DNA of 64,000 nt from the NCBI GenBank assembly GCA_963663405.2, contig CAXXSM010000021.1, forward strand, positions 64,001 through 128,000. The letters run 5' to 3'. Shown here one piece after another: positions 51,112 to 62,192 of this stretch. Below the pieces are notes generated by a model, which saw only the letters and a list, made by a program, of their open reading frames with translations, was not told where the DNA came from and searched no databases. Numbering within the stretch: the first letter of the stretch is position 1; each line of letters begins with the position of its first letter. This stretch comes from a bacterium. Its GTDB lineage: Bacteria > Hinthialibacterota > Hinthialibacteria > Hinthialibacterales > Hinthialibacteraceae. Position numbers and translations under genes: made by a program.

Positions 51112-51378
51112 TCAGGAGTGATTTTCTCTATTATGGGCTTCGTAGTAGGTTCGTAGAATCGCATTGATCCGGGTTTGATATCCGGGACCTTGATTTTTAA
51201 GCCATTCCAGAACATCTTCATCCAACCGGATGGTCAATTGCTTTTTTCCAGGCGGTATCACAACCCGCGCTTCTTTAAAGAACGCGTCATCAAGTTCCGG
51301 GATATCACTATAGTCGATCTCCTCGTCGCTCATTGCGTCAATGCGTTCCAAGTCGCTCTTGATAGATTTTTTGCTCAT
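51112..51378 (-). CDS. brnA: BrnA antitoxin
   Basis: IDYSDIPEL, KKQLTIRLDEDVLEWLK..GPGYQTRINAILR. Confidence 0.92.
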   Translation of the reverse strand: MSKKSIKSDLERIDAMSDEEIDYSDIPELDDAFFKEARVVIPPGKKQLTIRLDEDVLEWLKNQGPGYQTRINAILRTYYEAHNRENHS

Positions 51379-51612
51379 GTTTGTTTGCCTTTCTCATTGA
51401 GATGATCCGTGTTTTTTCCCCGCGTTCTGTATGCGCAATAATCACCACACGGCCTTCCAGTATACCAGGGTTATATATCGGTATTCGCCGTAGTCATACC
51501 GTCTATCTTCAAATGTTATGCATGGACCAGTAAACACAATCTCTGCATCCTCAAAACTTAGGCCATGCTTTAAAATATTTATCTGGTTCTTTTCTTCATC
51601 CCATTCGTACAT
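51338..51612 (-). pseudogene. brnT: BrnT toxin with one missing base near 51466 (absent from ORF track)
   Basis: MYEWDEEKNQINILKHGLSFEDA...RYDYGEYRYITL(G)ILEGRVVIIAHTERGEKTRIISMRKANKHE. Confidence 0.85.
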
Positions 51613-51743
51613 GGCACGGACTTTCTATGTAACTACAAATGTACCTACATATGGTGAATTTGTCAACAAAAAAAGGAAAAAAAGAAATATGCTTTGCTGC
51701 TATTAACACTGTTATCTTGGCCGCATAACTTACTGGAGATAAA

Positions 51744-51778
51744 GCCAGGGCAGAAAAAAGCCTTGCCCTGGGTACCCA
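51744..51778 (-). repeat. REP-like palindrome
   Basis: Minus strand: tgggtacccagggcaaggcttttttctgccctggc, 16 nt after the abfA stop. Confidence 0.65.
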
Positions 51779-51794
51779 CTCTGATTCTCTCCGA

Positions 51795-53357
51795 TCAGTC
51801 AATTGTCAAAACGACAACTGATTTTGGCGGGAGGTTGGCGGTTAGGCGGCCTTCTTCGATTTTAGGGGATGAGAAGGGGGTGGGTTTGACGGTTTCCGGG
51901 TTGTCGAATGTGTTGTGGGCTGTGATCGTGTCCGCGGTCAAGACGCGGCCTGTTACGTTCTCCGCTTTGGAGCCGCGCAGTTCGCAGTCGAGGGGAATTC
52001 TATTGTCCGGATCGAAATTGCAGATTGTGAGATGGATCTTTCCCTCTTCATCCTTCGAAGCGGAAACGTTAAGAGCGGGGATTTTATCGCCGCCGAATTC
52101 ATAATCCGCGCATTTTAGTTCGATCGGAAGCAGTTCCGCGCCATGATGAACGGTGTACATTTCATAAACATGGTACGTAGGAGTCAGGAGCGTCTTCTCT
52201 TCTTTGGTCAGAACCATCGCTTGGAGGACGTTGATCGTTTGCGCGATGTTCGCCATTTTGACGCGGTCACAGTGTTGGTTCAATATATTGAGCGTCAAAC
52301 CAGCTACCAGCGCGTCGCGCAAAGAATTCTGTTGGTAGAGGAATCCAGGATTTGTGCCCGGCTCCACTTCATGCCACGCGCCCCACTCATCGACGATCAA
52401 CCCGACTCTCTTTTGGGGATCGAATTGGTCCATGATCTCCGAATGGCCGGTGAGGATCTCATCCATATCGAGCGCTCTCTTGATCTGCGCAAACCAGTCC
52501 TCTTCCTCAAACTTGGTCGCTGAGCGGCTGTTTTTGCCTGTGCCACAATAATAATGAAGGCTTAGCCCGTTCATATTCCGTCCTGCTTCTTTCATCAGCG
52601 TTTCGGTCCATTCGTACCGTCTCCCGTAGGAGCCACAGGCGATTTTATAAATGCGGTTGCCGGAGAAATCGCGCAGGTAGGTTTGGTAACGGCGATAAAG
52701 ATCGGCGTAATAGTCTGATTTCATATTGCCGCCGCAGCCCCAACTTTCGTTCCCAACGCCCCAATATTTTACTTTCCAAGGCTTATCGCGCCCATTTGCG
52801 CGTCGGAGATCGGCCATGGGGCTTTCGCCGCCGAAAGTGACGTACTCAACCCACTGCTGCATTTCCAACACCGACCCGCTTCCCACGTTTCCGCAGATAT
52901 AGGGCTCGCATCCCAGCTGTTCGCAGAGATCGAGAAACTCATGCGTTCCGAAATGGTTGTTCTCTGTAACTTTGCCCCAATGAGTGTTCACCATAGGGGG
53001 GCGTTGGTTTTTGGGGCCGATACCATCTTGCCAGTGATATTCATCGGCGAAACAACCGCCCGGCCAGCGTAAGACAGGAATCTTGATCTTTTTTAAGGCT
53101 TCGACGATATCGGTTCGAATACCGCGAATGTTGGGGATGGAACTGTCTTCGCCGACCCAGATACCTCCATAGATGCACCCGCCCAGGTGTTCGGCGAAGT
53201 GACCGTAGATATTGCGGTCAATCGTCCCGGCGCTTTCATCGGTTTTAACGATCAATTGGTTCTGCGTGGCGCCGCTGGTATTTACGAACAACAGCGTGAG
53301 CGCTGATACAAAAAAGGCGGTTTTATAGAAGACCGCCGTCTTCCTTCTGCGATTCAT
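51795..53357 (-). CDS. abfA: Alpha-L-arabinofuranosidase, GH51
   Basis: [49 protein letters not shown]; signal peptide. Confidence 0.95.
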   Translation of the reverse strand: MNRRRKTAVFYKTAFFVSALTLLFVNTSGATQNQLIVKTDESAGTIDRNIYGHFAEHLGGCIYGGIWVGEDSSIPNIRGIRTDIVEALKKIKIPVLRWPGGCFADEYHWQDGIGPKNQRPPMVNTHWGKVTENNHFGTHEFLDLCEQLGCEPYICGNVGSGSVLEMQQWVEYVTFGGESPMADLRRANGRDKPWKVKYWGVGNESWGCGGNMKSDYYADLYRRYQTYLRDFSGNRIYKIACGSYGRRYEWTETLMKEAGRNMNGLSLHYYCGTGKNSRSATKFEEEDWFAQIKRALDMDEILTGHSEIMDQFDPQKRVGLIVDEWGAWHEVEPGTNPGFLYQQNSLRDALVAGLTLNILNQHCDRVKMANIAQTINVLQAMVLTKEEKTLLTPTYHVYEMYTVHHGAELLPIELKCADYEFGGDKIPALNVSASKDEEGKIHLTICNFDPDNRIPLDCELRGSKAENVTGRVLTADTITAHNTFDNPETVKPTPFSSPKIEEGRLTANLPPKSVVVLTID

Positions 53358-53470
53358 GTTCTTCTCCTCCATACGAATAAACATTAAGTTAAAATGAAGA
53401 ACCATTCTCTCATAATTGTGGTTGTGCTTTAAAGGGTGATCGTCTGAGTTTGAGAAAATTTAAGTGGCTA

Positions 53471-55471
53471 TTAGGCTGGATCGGGGATCGGGAAGGCTCC
53501 TCCAAGGGTAGACGGCGGTGTGTCTTCCGTTTTGGAGGGAGTGGTTTCCGTGGATTCGGTTTCTTCTGGGAGAGGAGGCGCTTCCTGCGGAGTTCCGGCG
53601 CTATCCGAACCGGTGTCCGTTGATGTTTTCGAGCGTTTTGCTTCCGTCTCACTGATGATCGATTTGACTTCATCGGCGCTGAGCACTTCTTTTTTCAGAA
53701 GCGCATGAGCCAGCGCTTCGAGGACATCTTGATTCTCGGTCAGGATGTTTTTCGCTCGATGGAGACACTCATCAACAATCTGCCGGACTTCTTTGTCGAT
53801 CTCGAAAGCGATTTCTTCGCTGTATTCACGGTCTTTGTACAGGTCGCGTCCAAGAAAGACCTGGTTTTCATTCAATCCAAATGTAAGAGGGCCGAGTTTT
53901 TCGCTCATGCCGAATTGGCAGACCATTTTGTGGGCGATATCGGTCACACGTTCCAAGTCATTCTGCGCGCCGGTTGTCACATCGCCGATGATGAGATCCT
54001 CGGCGACGCGGCCTCCAAGAAGAGAGGACATGCGGGCGAGAAGCTCGGCTTTACTCGTTAGATACCGGTCTTCGACTGGAAGATGCATCGTGTAACCCAA
54101 CGCCCGGCCGCGGGGGAGGATCGAGACTTTATGAACTGGATCGATCTCATCGATATAATGACCCGCGATGGCGTGTCCGGCTTCGTGGAAGGCGACAATG
54201 CGTTTCTCTTTTTCGGTGATTGTCCGGCTTTTTCGTTCCGGGCCCGCCGTAACCCGCTCGATGGCTTCTTCAAGGTCCTCCATGTCTACAGCGTCTTTGC
54301 TCCGTCGGGCGGCGAGGAGAGCGGCTTCATTGACCGCGTTGGACAAATCGGCGCCGGAGAATCCTGGAGTGCGCTGGGCGAGGACTTTCATATCGACCTC
54401 TTTGGCGACGACGACGTTTTGGGTATGCACCTCCATGATTTTCTTCCGCCCTACGAGATCGGGCAAGTCGATGACGATCTGCCGGTCAAAGCGGCCTGGA
54501 CGCAATAAGGCGGGATCGAGCACATCGGGCCGGTTGGTGGCGGCGATCAGGATCACCTCTTCTTTTGTATTGAAACCGTCCATTTCGACGAGGAGCTGGT
54601 TCAATGTCTGTTCGCGTTCGTCGTGGCCTCCACCGACGCCGGCGAACCGCTGACGCCCCACCGCGTCGATTTCATCCATAAAAATAAGGCAGGGGGCGTG
54701 TTTTTTCCCCTGCTCAAAAAGATCGCGCACGCGGGACGCGCCCACACCGACGAACATTTCGACGAAATCCGAACCACTGATGCTGAAAAATGGGACATTC
54801 GCTTCTCCAGCAATGGCGCGGGCCATCAACGTTTTTCCCGTGCCCGGCGGTCCATGTAGGAGAACACCATGTGGAATTTTCCCGCCCAGTTTTTGAAATT
54901 TCCCGGGATCTTTCAGAAATTCGACAATTTCTTGGAGTTCTTCTTTCGCTTCGTCACAGCCTGCGACTTCGTTGAATGTAACTTTGGGTTGGTTGTCGCT
55001 ATTGAGCCGCGCCCGGCTTTTACCGAATGACATGGCTTTGCTGCCCCCGATCTGCATTTGACGCATGATGAAAATCCAGACGCCGATTAGCAAAATCACA
55101 GGGAGAAGCGTAGTAAAAATGCCCATCATCCAGCCGCTGTTGGGACTGGATGAGTATTTAAAATCCTTGTGTTTTTCCCCATAGGTTTTGATGGCGTTGT
55201 TGATTTGCCTGTCCTGCGTTTCGGAGGCGGAGTCGTACGTGACTTCGTAAAGTTTCTTCTTATTCTCGCTATCTCCCAGAGCGATAAACTGCCCCGTGAC
55301 TTTGGTGGGATAAATCACGGCGGTAAGAAGTTTGTATTCCGCGTCGTTTTTAAGCACAGCGAAAAATTCTGACAATTCCCATTCGCGCGGCTGTTCCGTT
55401 TGGAACTGGCTGACCAATAAAATGATGATGACCAGCAAAAGGCCGTAAAAGACTATCGTTCGGTTAAACAA
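53471..55471 (-). CDS. ftsH: ATP-dependent zinc metalloprotease FtsH
   Basis: Two TMs, [29 protein letters not shown]. Confidence 0.98.
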   Translation of the reverse strand: MFNRTIVFYGLLLVIIILLVSQFQTEQPREWELSEFFAVLKNDAEYKLLTAVIYPTKVTGQFIALGDSENKKKLYEVTYDSASETQDRQINNAIKTYGEKHKDFKYSSSPNSGWMMGIFTTLLPVILLIGVWIFIMRQMQIGGSKAMSFGKSRARLNSDNQPKVTFNEVAGCDEAKEELQEIVEFLKDPGKFQKLGGKIPHGVLLHGPPGTGKTLMARAIAGEANVPFFSISGSDFVEMFVGVGASRVRDLFEQGKKHAPCLIFMDEIDAVGRQRFAGVGGGHDEREQTLNQLLVEMDGFNTKEEVILIAATNRPDVLDPALLRPGRFDRQIVIDLPDLVGRKKIMEVHTQNVVVAKEVDMKVLAQRTPGFSGADLSNAVNEAALLAARRSKDAVDMEDLEEAIERVTAGPERKSRTITEKEKRIVAFHEAGHAIAGHYIDEIDPVHKVSILPRGRALGYTMHLPVEDRYLTSKAELLARMSSLLGGRVAEDLIIGDVTTGAQNDLERVTDIAHKMVCQFGMSEKLGPLTFGLNENQVFLGRDLYKDREYSEEIAFEIDKEVRQIVDECLHRAKNILTENQDVLEALAHALLKKEVLSADEVKSIISETEAKRSKTSTDTGSDSAGTPQEAPPLPEETESTETTPSKTEDTPPSTLGGAFPIPDPA

Positions 55472-55828
55472 GATCCGCGTTCCTCTTTAGTTTTTTTTCG
55501 ATCGTTTATTGTTATCTTGAACCACGGCGATTGGTTATGGCTCTTCCCGCAATAAATCCCCATGATTCTAAATAGTATTTTAACTGTTAAAGGGCCTTTC
55601 TGTTACCACTTGGATTGATAATACCATCTTAAATCTTTCGAATTCTCTGTCAAGCAAAGACCTGAAAGATATGACGATTCAATTCGTATCCCTGTTAATC
55701 GTTTAAAAATTGACGTCTCAGCCGTGTGGCGCAGCTCGTCTGTATTGTTTTACGGTTTCCAGGATGATTGTATTTCTTTTGTTGTTTCCCCTTGATTAAT
55801 AATACCGAACCGCGTTTAATCGCATTTA

Positions 55829-55855
55829 GTAATACATAATTATTTTTCGTGTTAC
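55829..55855 (+). promoter_or_regulatory. Second NikR-like operator GTAATAC-N13-GTGTTAC
   Basis: GTAATAC 55829-35, 13-nt AT-rich spacer, GTGTTAC 55849-55; 31 nt before ATG 55887. Confidence 0.68.
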
Positions 55856-55886
55856 TCTTAAAATCAAGAATAGGAGTTTATAAACG

Positions 55887-56693
55887 ATGAAGGTTTCGTC
55901 TATCTATTTCATTCTCGTTTCGGTTCTGTTCCTTGTCTCTTCGGCGAATGGGCAAGAGATTACGCCGATCGGCGATATTAACGCCGTCGATGAGGAAGGG
56001 AACGCTATTTTCGCAGGGCTTCAGACCATGGATCAATATACGATCGAAGGAATTGCGTTAAACGATCCAGGGATCTACTGGGGCGGAGAAGGGGAGAGGA
56101 GTGATTTTATTCTATACGTTCAGGATGATACGGGCGGCATTCAGGTTTACTCGGGGGGATGGTATGGTGGTGGAATTGAGAGTTATGCGGACACACCGGT
56201 CCAGCAGGGGGATCGTGTCCGCGTAACCGGATTGACAGGAAGTTATGGTGGCAAGACCAATGTGAATGAACGCCATAATCCCGATCAGAAGTTTGTGATT
56301 GAAAACCTTGGATACGTTGGCGATCCCGAACCGTTGATTATTGAAGATCTGACCGCCGCTTCGCAGTTTGATTCCACCCGGCAAACCGGAGGTGAATACT
56401 ATCAAGGCCGTCTGGTAAAATTAATGAACGTGCAGATCGTCGATGGGGAATGGGGAAGCGGCGCGATGTTGACTGTTGCGGATTCAATGGGGGGAACATT
56501 CCCCGTTGAACTACGCGCTTCGACGGGTATCGGCGACTATCCCGCGCCGGAAGGAACCTTCGATGTTGTGGGCGTATTCAACCAAGAAGATGAGGAAGCG
56601 CCTTATATCGATAACTATTTACTCTGGCCGCGCTCGATTGAAGACTTTGGTTTGGAGGCCAGTTCCGCTGATGATTGGGATCTGTACAAATAG
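55887..56693 (+). CDS. Secreted tandem OB-fold protein with C-terminal SSADDWDLYK motif
   Basis: AGGAG RBS, signal peptide; YVQDDTGGIQVY, VQQGDRVRVTG, EYYQGRLVKL, LWPRSIED. Confidence 0.8.
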   Translation: MKVSSIYFILVSVLFLVSSANGQEITPIGDINAVDEEGNAIFAGLQTMDQYTIEGIALNDPGIYWGGEGERSDFILYVQDDTGGIQVYSGGWYGGGIESYADTPVQQGDRVRVTGLTGSYGGKTNVNERHNPDQKFVIENLGYVGDPEPLIIEDLTAASQFDSTRQTGGEYYQGRLVKLMNVQIVDGEWGSGAMLTVADSMGGTFPVELRASTGIGDYPAPEGTFDVVGVFNQEDEEAPYIDNYLLWPRSIEDFGLEASSADDWDLYK

Positions 56694-57339
56694 GGATTCG
56701 TTCACTCTGATTGAACTCTTAATCGTGGTGGCCATCATTGGGATTCTGGCGGCCATCGCGGTCCCTAATTTTCTCAACGCCCAGATCCGCAGCAAGATCG
56801 CGGCGGCGAAGGCGCAGATCAGCGCTTGTTACACAGCGTTGGAATCCTACCGGCTGGATGAGAACGCGCTGCCGCCGACGCGGTATTTCTGCCTGGCGTT
56901 GGGAGCTGAGACGTACAAAAAATATTTTGAACTGCCGTATGAATTAACGACGCCAACCGCCTATCTGAGCGTGCGGCCGTTGGATCCGTTTTATTCTTTC
57001 CCAGGCGCGTCCAACGAGGCGCCCGGACAAACGATCAAATACCGGCGGCCCGGCTATGGATATTTCAACAACATGCCGACGCAGGAGGGAATCTGGATTC
57101 CCAAATCGTTCCCCATTGACGATGGGGATTACATTTTTTACAACGACGCCTCGGAGGAACATCCCGCGTCGAAATCTCCCGTGGAATACGGCCTTTGGAG
57201 CGTCGGCCCTATTCCGAAAGAAGAGATCTCGATGAATATTTACGAACCGGTCCCCTCGCATACCTGGTACGCTTCGTCCAACGGTTTGGTCAGCACGGGG
57301 ATCATCGTTCGATTAAGCACGGGCCACTCGGCTCCCTGA
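56671..57339 (+). CDS. Type IV pilin/GspG-like prepilin
   Basis: ATG 56671, MIGICTNRDS/FTLIELLIVVAIIGILAAIAVPNFLNAQ; overlaps the upstream gene by 23 nt. Confidence 0.88.
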   Translation: MIGICTNRDSFTLIELLIVVAIIGILAAIAVPNFLNAQIRSKIAAAKAQISACYTALESYRLDENALPPTRYFCLALGAETYKKYFELPYELTTPTAYLSVRPLDPFYSFPGASNEAPGQTIKYRRPGYGYFNNMPTQEGIWIPKSFPIDDGDYIFYNDASEEHPASKSPVEYGLWSVGPIPKEEISMNIYEPVPSHTWYASSNGLVSTGIIVRLSTGHSAP

Positions 57340-57357
57340 TCTAGAAAGGATGCTACA

Positions 57358-57921
57358 ATGACTTTATATTCCCGTTTGTCTCTTTTGTCTCTAATTTTTA
57401 TCATCGCGATAGTGCCTATAACCATTATGGCTCACAAAGATCATTCTGATGGTCACGATCATTCTCATGATGGAACGATGACCTCTCACGTCGAATTCCG
57501 TCCATTAACCGAAGAGGAACTCGAACGATTCCACGGGCATTTGGGGCCTTTCGTCGTATTAGGCGCCAAAATGGGGGAACACGCGGTGACGGTTCATGAG
57601 ATCCCGCGTTATTTCGGTTTGACGGTCCTCGTGGAATGCCCGGATTCCCCGCCTTCTTCCTGCTTAATTGATGGATTGCAACCATCAACCGGCGCCACGA
57701 TGGGGAAGAGAAACATCAAAATAACACCCGCTGAAGAAGTGAAGGTCACAATCATCAATGATGACAGCGGCAAGAAGGTCATCTACAAACTGAAAGCCTC
57801 CACGAAAGCCCTGTTCAAACGCTGGGCGGACGAAAACACCATCACCATCACAGAACGCGGCCAGCGCGTGTTTAAGATGGAAGCGGAGGCGTTGTTTGAT
57901 ATTCAAGTAATAGAAGGATAA
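57358..57921 (+). CDS. Exported FmdE-family protein with His-rich N-terminus
   Basis: Signal peptide then HKDHSDGHDHSHD; FHGHLGP...LG and SCLIDGLQ..TGATMGKRN FmdE motifs. Confidence 0.82.
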   Translation: MTLYSRLSLLSLIFIIAIVPITIMAHKDHSDGHDHSHDGTMTSHVEFRPLTEEELERFHGHLGPFVVLGAKMGEHAVTVHEIPRYFGLTVLVECPDSPPSSCLIDGLQPSTGATMGKRNIKITPAEEVKVTIINDDSGKKVIYKLKASTKALFKRWADENTITITERGQRVFKMEAEALFDIQVIEG

Positions 57922-58055
57922 AAACGACTTACTTTTGCAAAAATATTCTTCCATTTTTCTTTCCTTTATCAGATTAATTCCTTTCCTCTATAATGTGAAC
58001 GTGGGAAAAATTGCTCATTGATAAACGAATTCAATTGTAAGGGAGAGTTTTTTTG

Positions 58056-58469
58056 ATGAAATTCCATACAGAATATCTCTGGTTTCATGCCAAAAAGCGC
58101 AGGGAGTATTTTAACATCACGCGGGATGTGGAAGAAATCGTGAGTAAGAGTGGAATCCGGGAAGGGATGGTCCTGGTTTCGGCGATGCACATCACCGCCG
58201 CCGTCTACGTCAATGACGCGGAATCCGGTCTCATCGAGGATATTGATGAATGGCTCGATAAACTGGCGCCGTTTGGGCCCGATTACCGGCATCACCGGAC
58301 CGGCGAGGATAACGGGGACGCGCATTTGAAGAATCTTCTTATGCACCATCAGATCATCGCGCCGATAACGGATGGAAAGCTGGATTTCGGACCCTGGCAG
58401 CAGATTTACTACGCCGAGTTCGATGGAAAACGGCGCAAGCGGGTGGTTGTGAAGGTGATGGGGGAGTGA
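58056..58469 (+). CDS. yjbQ: YjbQ/UPF0047 family protein
   Basis: [32 protein letters not shown]. Confidence 0.93.
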   Translation: MKFHTEYLWFHAKKRREYFNITRDVEEIVSKSGIREGMVLVSAMHITAAVYVNDAESGLIEDIDEWLDKLAPFGPDYRHHRTGEDNGDAHLKNLLMHHQIIAPITDGKLDFGPWQQIYYAEFDGKRRKRVVVKVMGE

Positions 58470-58493
58470 TGGGAAGATAGATAAAAACAAGGA

Positions 58494-58519
58494 GGGCGGC
58501 TATGTAAGCCGCCCCTTTT
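58494..58519. terminator. Probable bidirectional terminator between yjbQ and ilvC
   Basis: gggcggct/agccgccc stem with T-rich flanks on both strands. Confidence 0.7.
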
Positions 58520-58541
58520 GATAATTCGAGTATCGTTTTTC

Positions 58542-59534
58542 TTACTTCTTGTTCAACCAAGGCATCAAACCGCGCAGTTCCTTGCCGACTTTTTCGACCT
58601 GGCTTTCCATGTCTTTTTTGCGCAGTGCGTTGAAGACAGGGCGGTTGGCTTGGTTTTCGAGAATCCATTCCCGGGCGAATTCGCCGTTCTGGATCTCTTC
58701 CAGGATGTATTTCATCTCTTCTTTTGTCTCATCGGTGATGAGACGCGGACCACGGGTCAGGTCGCCGTATTCGGCGGTGTCGGAGATGCTGTAGCGCATG
58801 CCCGAAAGTCCGTTTTCGTGAATCAAATCGACGATTAGTTTGATTTCATGAACGCATTCAAAATACGCCATTTCCGGCTGATAACCCGCTTCGACCAGGG
58901 TTTCAAAACTCGCCTTGATCAACGCCGTGAGGCCGCCGCAGAGAACGACCTGCTCGCCGAAGAGATCCGTCTCGGTTTCTTCGAGGAACGTGGTTTCGAT
59001 CACACCCGCGCGCCCCGCGCCGATGCCGCTCGCGTACGCCAGCGCGTTCTCTTTCGCTTTGCCGGTCGCGTCTTGGTGAACCGCGATCAGGGCGGGCACG
59101 CCACCGCCATCAACATAGACACGGCGGACCAGATGCCCCGGTCCCTTTGGCGCGCACATGATGACGTCCACATCGGATGGAGGGATGATCTGACCGTAAT
59201 GGATGTTGAATCCATGCGCGAACAACAGCGTTTTTCCTTCTCCCATTTCGCTTTCCAGTTCGCTGTTATAGACGATGGGCTGGAGCTGATCCGGAACAGT
59301 GATCGTCAGGATATCGCCCTGTTTGGCGGCTTCGTTGGCCGTCAGGACATCAAATCCATCGGCTTTGGCCTTTTCGTAATTCGGACCGGGCACTTCGGCC
59401 ACGACGACTTTGATCCCACTGTCTCTAAGGTTTTGTGAATGCGCATGCCCCTGGCTGCCGTAGCCGATGATCGCCACGGTTTTGTCTTTCAATAAATCCA
59501 GGTTGGCGTCCTTGTCATAATACATTTTTACCAT
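58542..59534 (-). CDS. ilvC: Ketol-acid reductoisomerase
   Basis: [41 protein letters not shown]. Confidence 0.98.
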   Translation of the reverse strand: MVKMYYDKDANLDLLKDKTVAIIGYGSQGHAHSQNLRDSGIKVVVAEVPGPNYEKAKADGFDVLTANEAAKQGDILTITVPDQLQPIVYNSELESEMGEGKTLLFAHGFNIHYGQIIPPSDVDVIMCAPKGPGHLVRRVYVDGGGVPALIAVHQDATGKAKENALAYASGIGAGRAGVIETTFLEETETDLFGEQVVLCGGLTALIKASFETLVEAGYQPEMAYFECVHEIKLIVDLIHENGLSGMRYSISDTAEYGDLTRGPRLITDETKEEMKYILEEIQNGEFAREWILENQANRPVFNALRKKDMESQVEKVGKELRGLMPWLNKK

Positions 59535-59795
59535 ATTCGTTCTCCTTTACACACATATTATGGTTTATATGACTCATTAGAAAGTTGAGTATTGTTTGAG
59601 AATCTCTTATTCATTTTTTCCCCATTAACAATTGTGGGAAATCAGAGGGGTGTTGATTGTCAAACCATTTTGACTTGGTTTGGAATTCTACAAGGGCAAA
59701 GACGGCGATCATACGAACATTTACACAGGTATTTACCCTTGGTTCCCGGCCTGATTTATTTGTTAAGCGCTAACTCAAATAAGCGCAATTACTCG

Positions 59796-60311
59796 TTACA
59801 CGACGGTTTTCAAAACAGTGGAATTCTCCGCCAAGCCGCGCGCCATCGCGACGCGTCCACCCCGCGCTACTTCAATGATACCGTAAGGATCCAATAACTC
59901 TAAGAGTCCTGACAGTTTTCCTTCGCTTCCAGTCGCTTCGACAATCATCGATTCGGGGCCGACATTGGCGATTTTCGCGCCGAACAGATTGGCGATTTGC
60001 GCGATTTCCGTCCGTTCTTTCTTTTTGGCTTTCACTTTGCAGAGCGCTAATTCACGGCTGACGATTTCGCGGTCTTCCATGGAAAAATCATGGACTTCAT
60101 GAATGTCGATCAACTTTCCTAATTGTTTACGAACTTGATCCATGATTTTATCATCTCCCGTCGTCACGATCGTCATCCGGGATTGTTTCGGATTATTGGT
60201 TTCCGCGACGGATAGGCTCTCGATGTTGAATCCCCGCGCGGAAAACAATCCGGCCACCCGCGCCAGCACTCCAGAACGGTTTTCGACTAGTAAATAAAAG
60301 ATATGTCTCAT
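59796..60311 (-). CDS. ilvN: Acetolactate synthase small subunit
   Basis: VENRSGVLARVAGLFSARGFNIESL ACT domain; RELALCKV. Confidence 0.96.
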   Translation of the reverse strand: MRHIFYLLVENRSGVLARVAGLFSARGFNIESLSVAETNNPKQSRMTIVTTGDDKIMDQVRKQLGKLIDIHEVHDFSMEDREIVSRELALCKVKAKKKERTEIAQIANLFGAKIANVGPESMIVEATGSEGKLSGLLELLDPYGIIEVARGGRVAMARGLAENSTVLKTVV

Positions 60312-60330
60312 GATGGTTTCCTCGCTTTTT

Positions 60331-62142
60331 TTAGGCCATGCCTTCCAGGATATGACTCAGTGACGCGCCCGCCGGCACCATAGGATAAACATTCTCTTCC
60401 CGCGCGACCCAGACATCGAGAATCGACACTTTCGTTTGAGAAAGGCATTCCCGGATGGCGTCATCCAATTCACTTTTTTTCTTCACCCGGCGTCCCCAGG
60501 CGCCATAGGCCGCCGCCAGTTGTTCGAAGTCGGGTAGATATTCCGCATTCATCCAAGCGCCGGGATTGGTGTCTTTCCGTGCAACGCCGGGCGCGGGACG
60601 GCTCAGTTCGGTCGCGGAGTAATTCTTACCATAGAACAGGTCTTGCCACTGCCGCACCATGCCCAGCCAGCCATTGTTCATGATAATGATTTTGACCGGA
60701 AGGTTGTTATAGATGGCGGTCGCCAGTTCCTGAATATTCATCTGGATGGAACCATCCCCCGCTATGTCGATGACTTGGCGTTTTGGGAACGCCCGCTGGG
60801 CGCCCAGGGCTGCGGGGAATCCATACCCCATCGTTCCAAGGCCGCCGGACGTAAGCCAGGAGCGGGGTTGGGTGAATGTACAGCGCTGCGCCGCCCACAT
60901 CTGATGCTGCCCCACCTCACTGGCGATGATCGCGTCATCATCCGAAAATTCGTCGATTTTATGGATTAAATATTGGGGTGTGATCAGTTCGGGATCATCA
61001 GACTCAGGGATGGTTAAAGGATATTGTTTTTTCCATCCCTCCACTTTTTCGAGCCATTCTTTTGTATCGCACCGTTTCACCAATTTATTTAGATCCTGGA
61101 GGATATGTTTCGCGTCTCCAATCAGGTCCACATCCACCAATACATTTTTACTAATGGAAGATGGATCGATATCCATGTGGATGATCTTGGCGTGAGGCGC
61201 GAATTCTTCGAGTTTCCCAGTGACCCGATCATCGAACCGCGATCCCACGGCGATCAGGCAATCGCAATCCTGGACAGCCTTATTCGCATAAACCGTTCCG
61301 TGCATACCCAGCATGAGAAGAGAAAGGGGATGCGTTTCCGGAAAGGCGCCGAGTCCCATCAAGGTTGTGGTGACGGGAATCTGGGCCTTGGTGGCGAAGG
61401 TGTATAGTTCCTTGCTCGCGTCCGCATTAATTACGCCGCCCCCGGCGTAGATCAAGGGCCGTTTGGAGGATTGGATGATCTTCCAGGCTTTTTTGATATT
61501 CTCTTCGGGCGCGTCCATGATGATGGTATAGCCGGGGAGATCCGGTTCTGTTGGATACACGTAATTCTCAAGCGTAGTTTTTTGTATATCTTTCGGCAGA
61601 TCGATCACCACTGGGCCGGGACGGCCGGTGCGAGCAAGATGGAACGCGTTTTTCATCAAGATGGGGAGTTCTTCGATTCCCTGTACTAAATAGTTATGTT
61701 TGGTCACGGGTCTGGTAATGCCCACAACGTCGGCTTCCTGAAACGCGTCGTTGCCGATCAACGGGGTGGCGACTTGACCGGAAATCATGACCAGGGGGAT
61801 TGAATCCATCATCGCATCGGCGAGTCCGGTGACCGTGTTGGTCGCGCCGGGGCCGGAGGTGACTAAACAGCAGCCGACCTTGCCCGTGGATCGGGCGTAT
61901 CCTTCCGCCATGTGCATGGCGCCTTGTTCGTGGCGCGTCAGAATGAATTCGAATTTATCCGTCTGGTTGACTAGATCGAACACGTCGATAATCGCGCCGC
62001 CAGGGAAGCCGAAGATGACCTCCACTCCTTCTTTCTCCAGCGCGTCGATCACAATTTGCGCGCCTGTCATGCTGACCGGTTTCGCGGACTGTGGGGATTT
62101 TTTTGTCCGTGTTTTTCGTTTGGTTGGGCTTTTCGCTGCCAT
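60331..62142 (-). CDS. ilvB: Acetolactate synthase large subunit
   Basis: FGFPGGA, RHEQGA, TSGPGATN, VGQHQMW, SGGLGTMG, GDGS...NN. Confidence 0.97.
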   Translation of the reverse strand: MAAKSPTKRKTRTKKSPQSAKPVSMTGAQIVIDALEKEGVEVIFGFPGGAIIDVFDLVNQTDKFEFILTRHEQGAMHMAEGYARSTGKVGCCLVTSGPGATNTVTGLADAMMDSIPLVMISGQVATPLIGNDAFQEADVVGITRPVTKHNYLVQGIEELPILMKNAFHLARTGRPGPVVIDLPKDIQKTTLENYVYPTEPDLPGYTIIMDAPEENIKKAWKIIQSSKRPLIYAGGGVINADASKELYTFATKAQIPVTTTLMGLGAFPETHPLSLLMLGMHGTVYANKAVQDCDCLIAVGSRFDDRVTGKLEEFAPHAKIIHMDIDPSSISKNVLVDVDLIGDAKHILQDLNKLVKRCDTKEWLEKVEGWKKQYPLTIPESDDPELITPQYLIHKIDEFSDDDAIIASEVGQHQMWAAQRCTFTQPRSWLTSGGLGTMGYGFPAALGAQRAFPKRQVIDIAGDGSIQMNIQELATAIYNNLPVKIIIMNNGWLGMVRQWQDLFYGKNYSATELSRPAPGVARKDTNPGAWMNAEYLPDFEQLAAAYGAWGRRVKKKSELDDAIRECLSQTKVSILDVWVAREENVYPMVPAGASLSHILEGMA

Positions 62143-62192
62143 TTTTGTTCCTCCATTTCTCTTCTCATACTCAGTTTTTTATAATTTAAATT

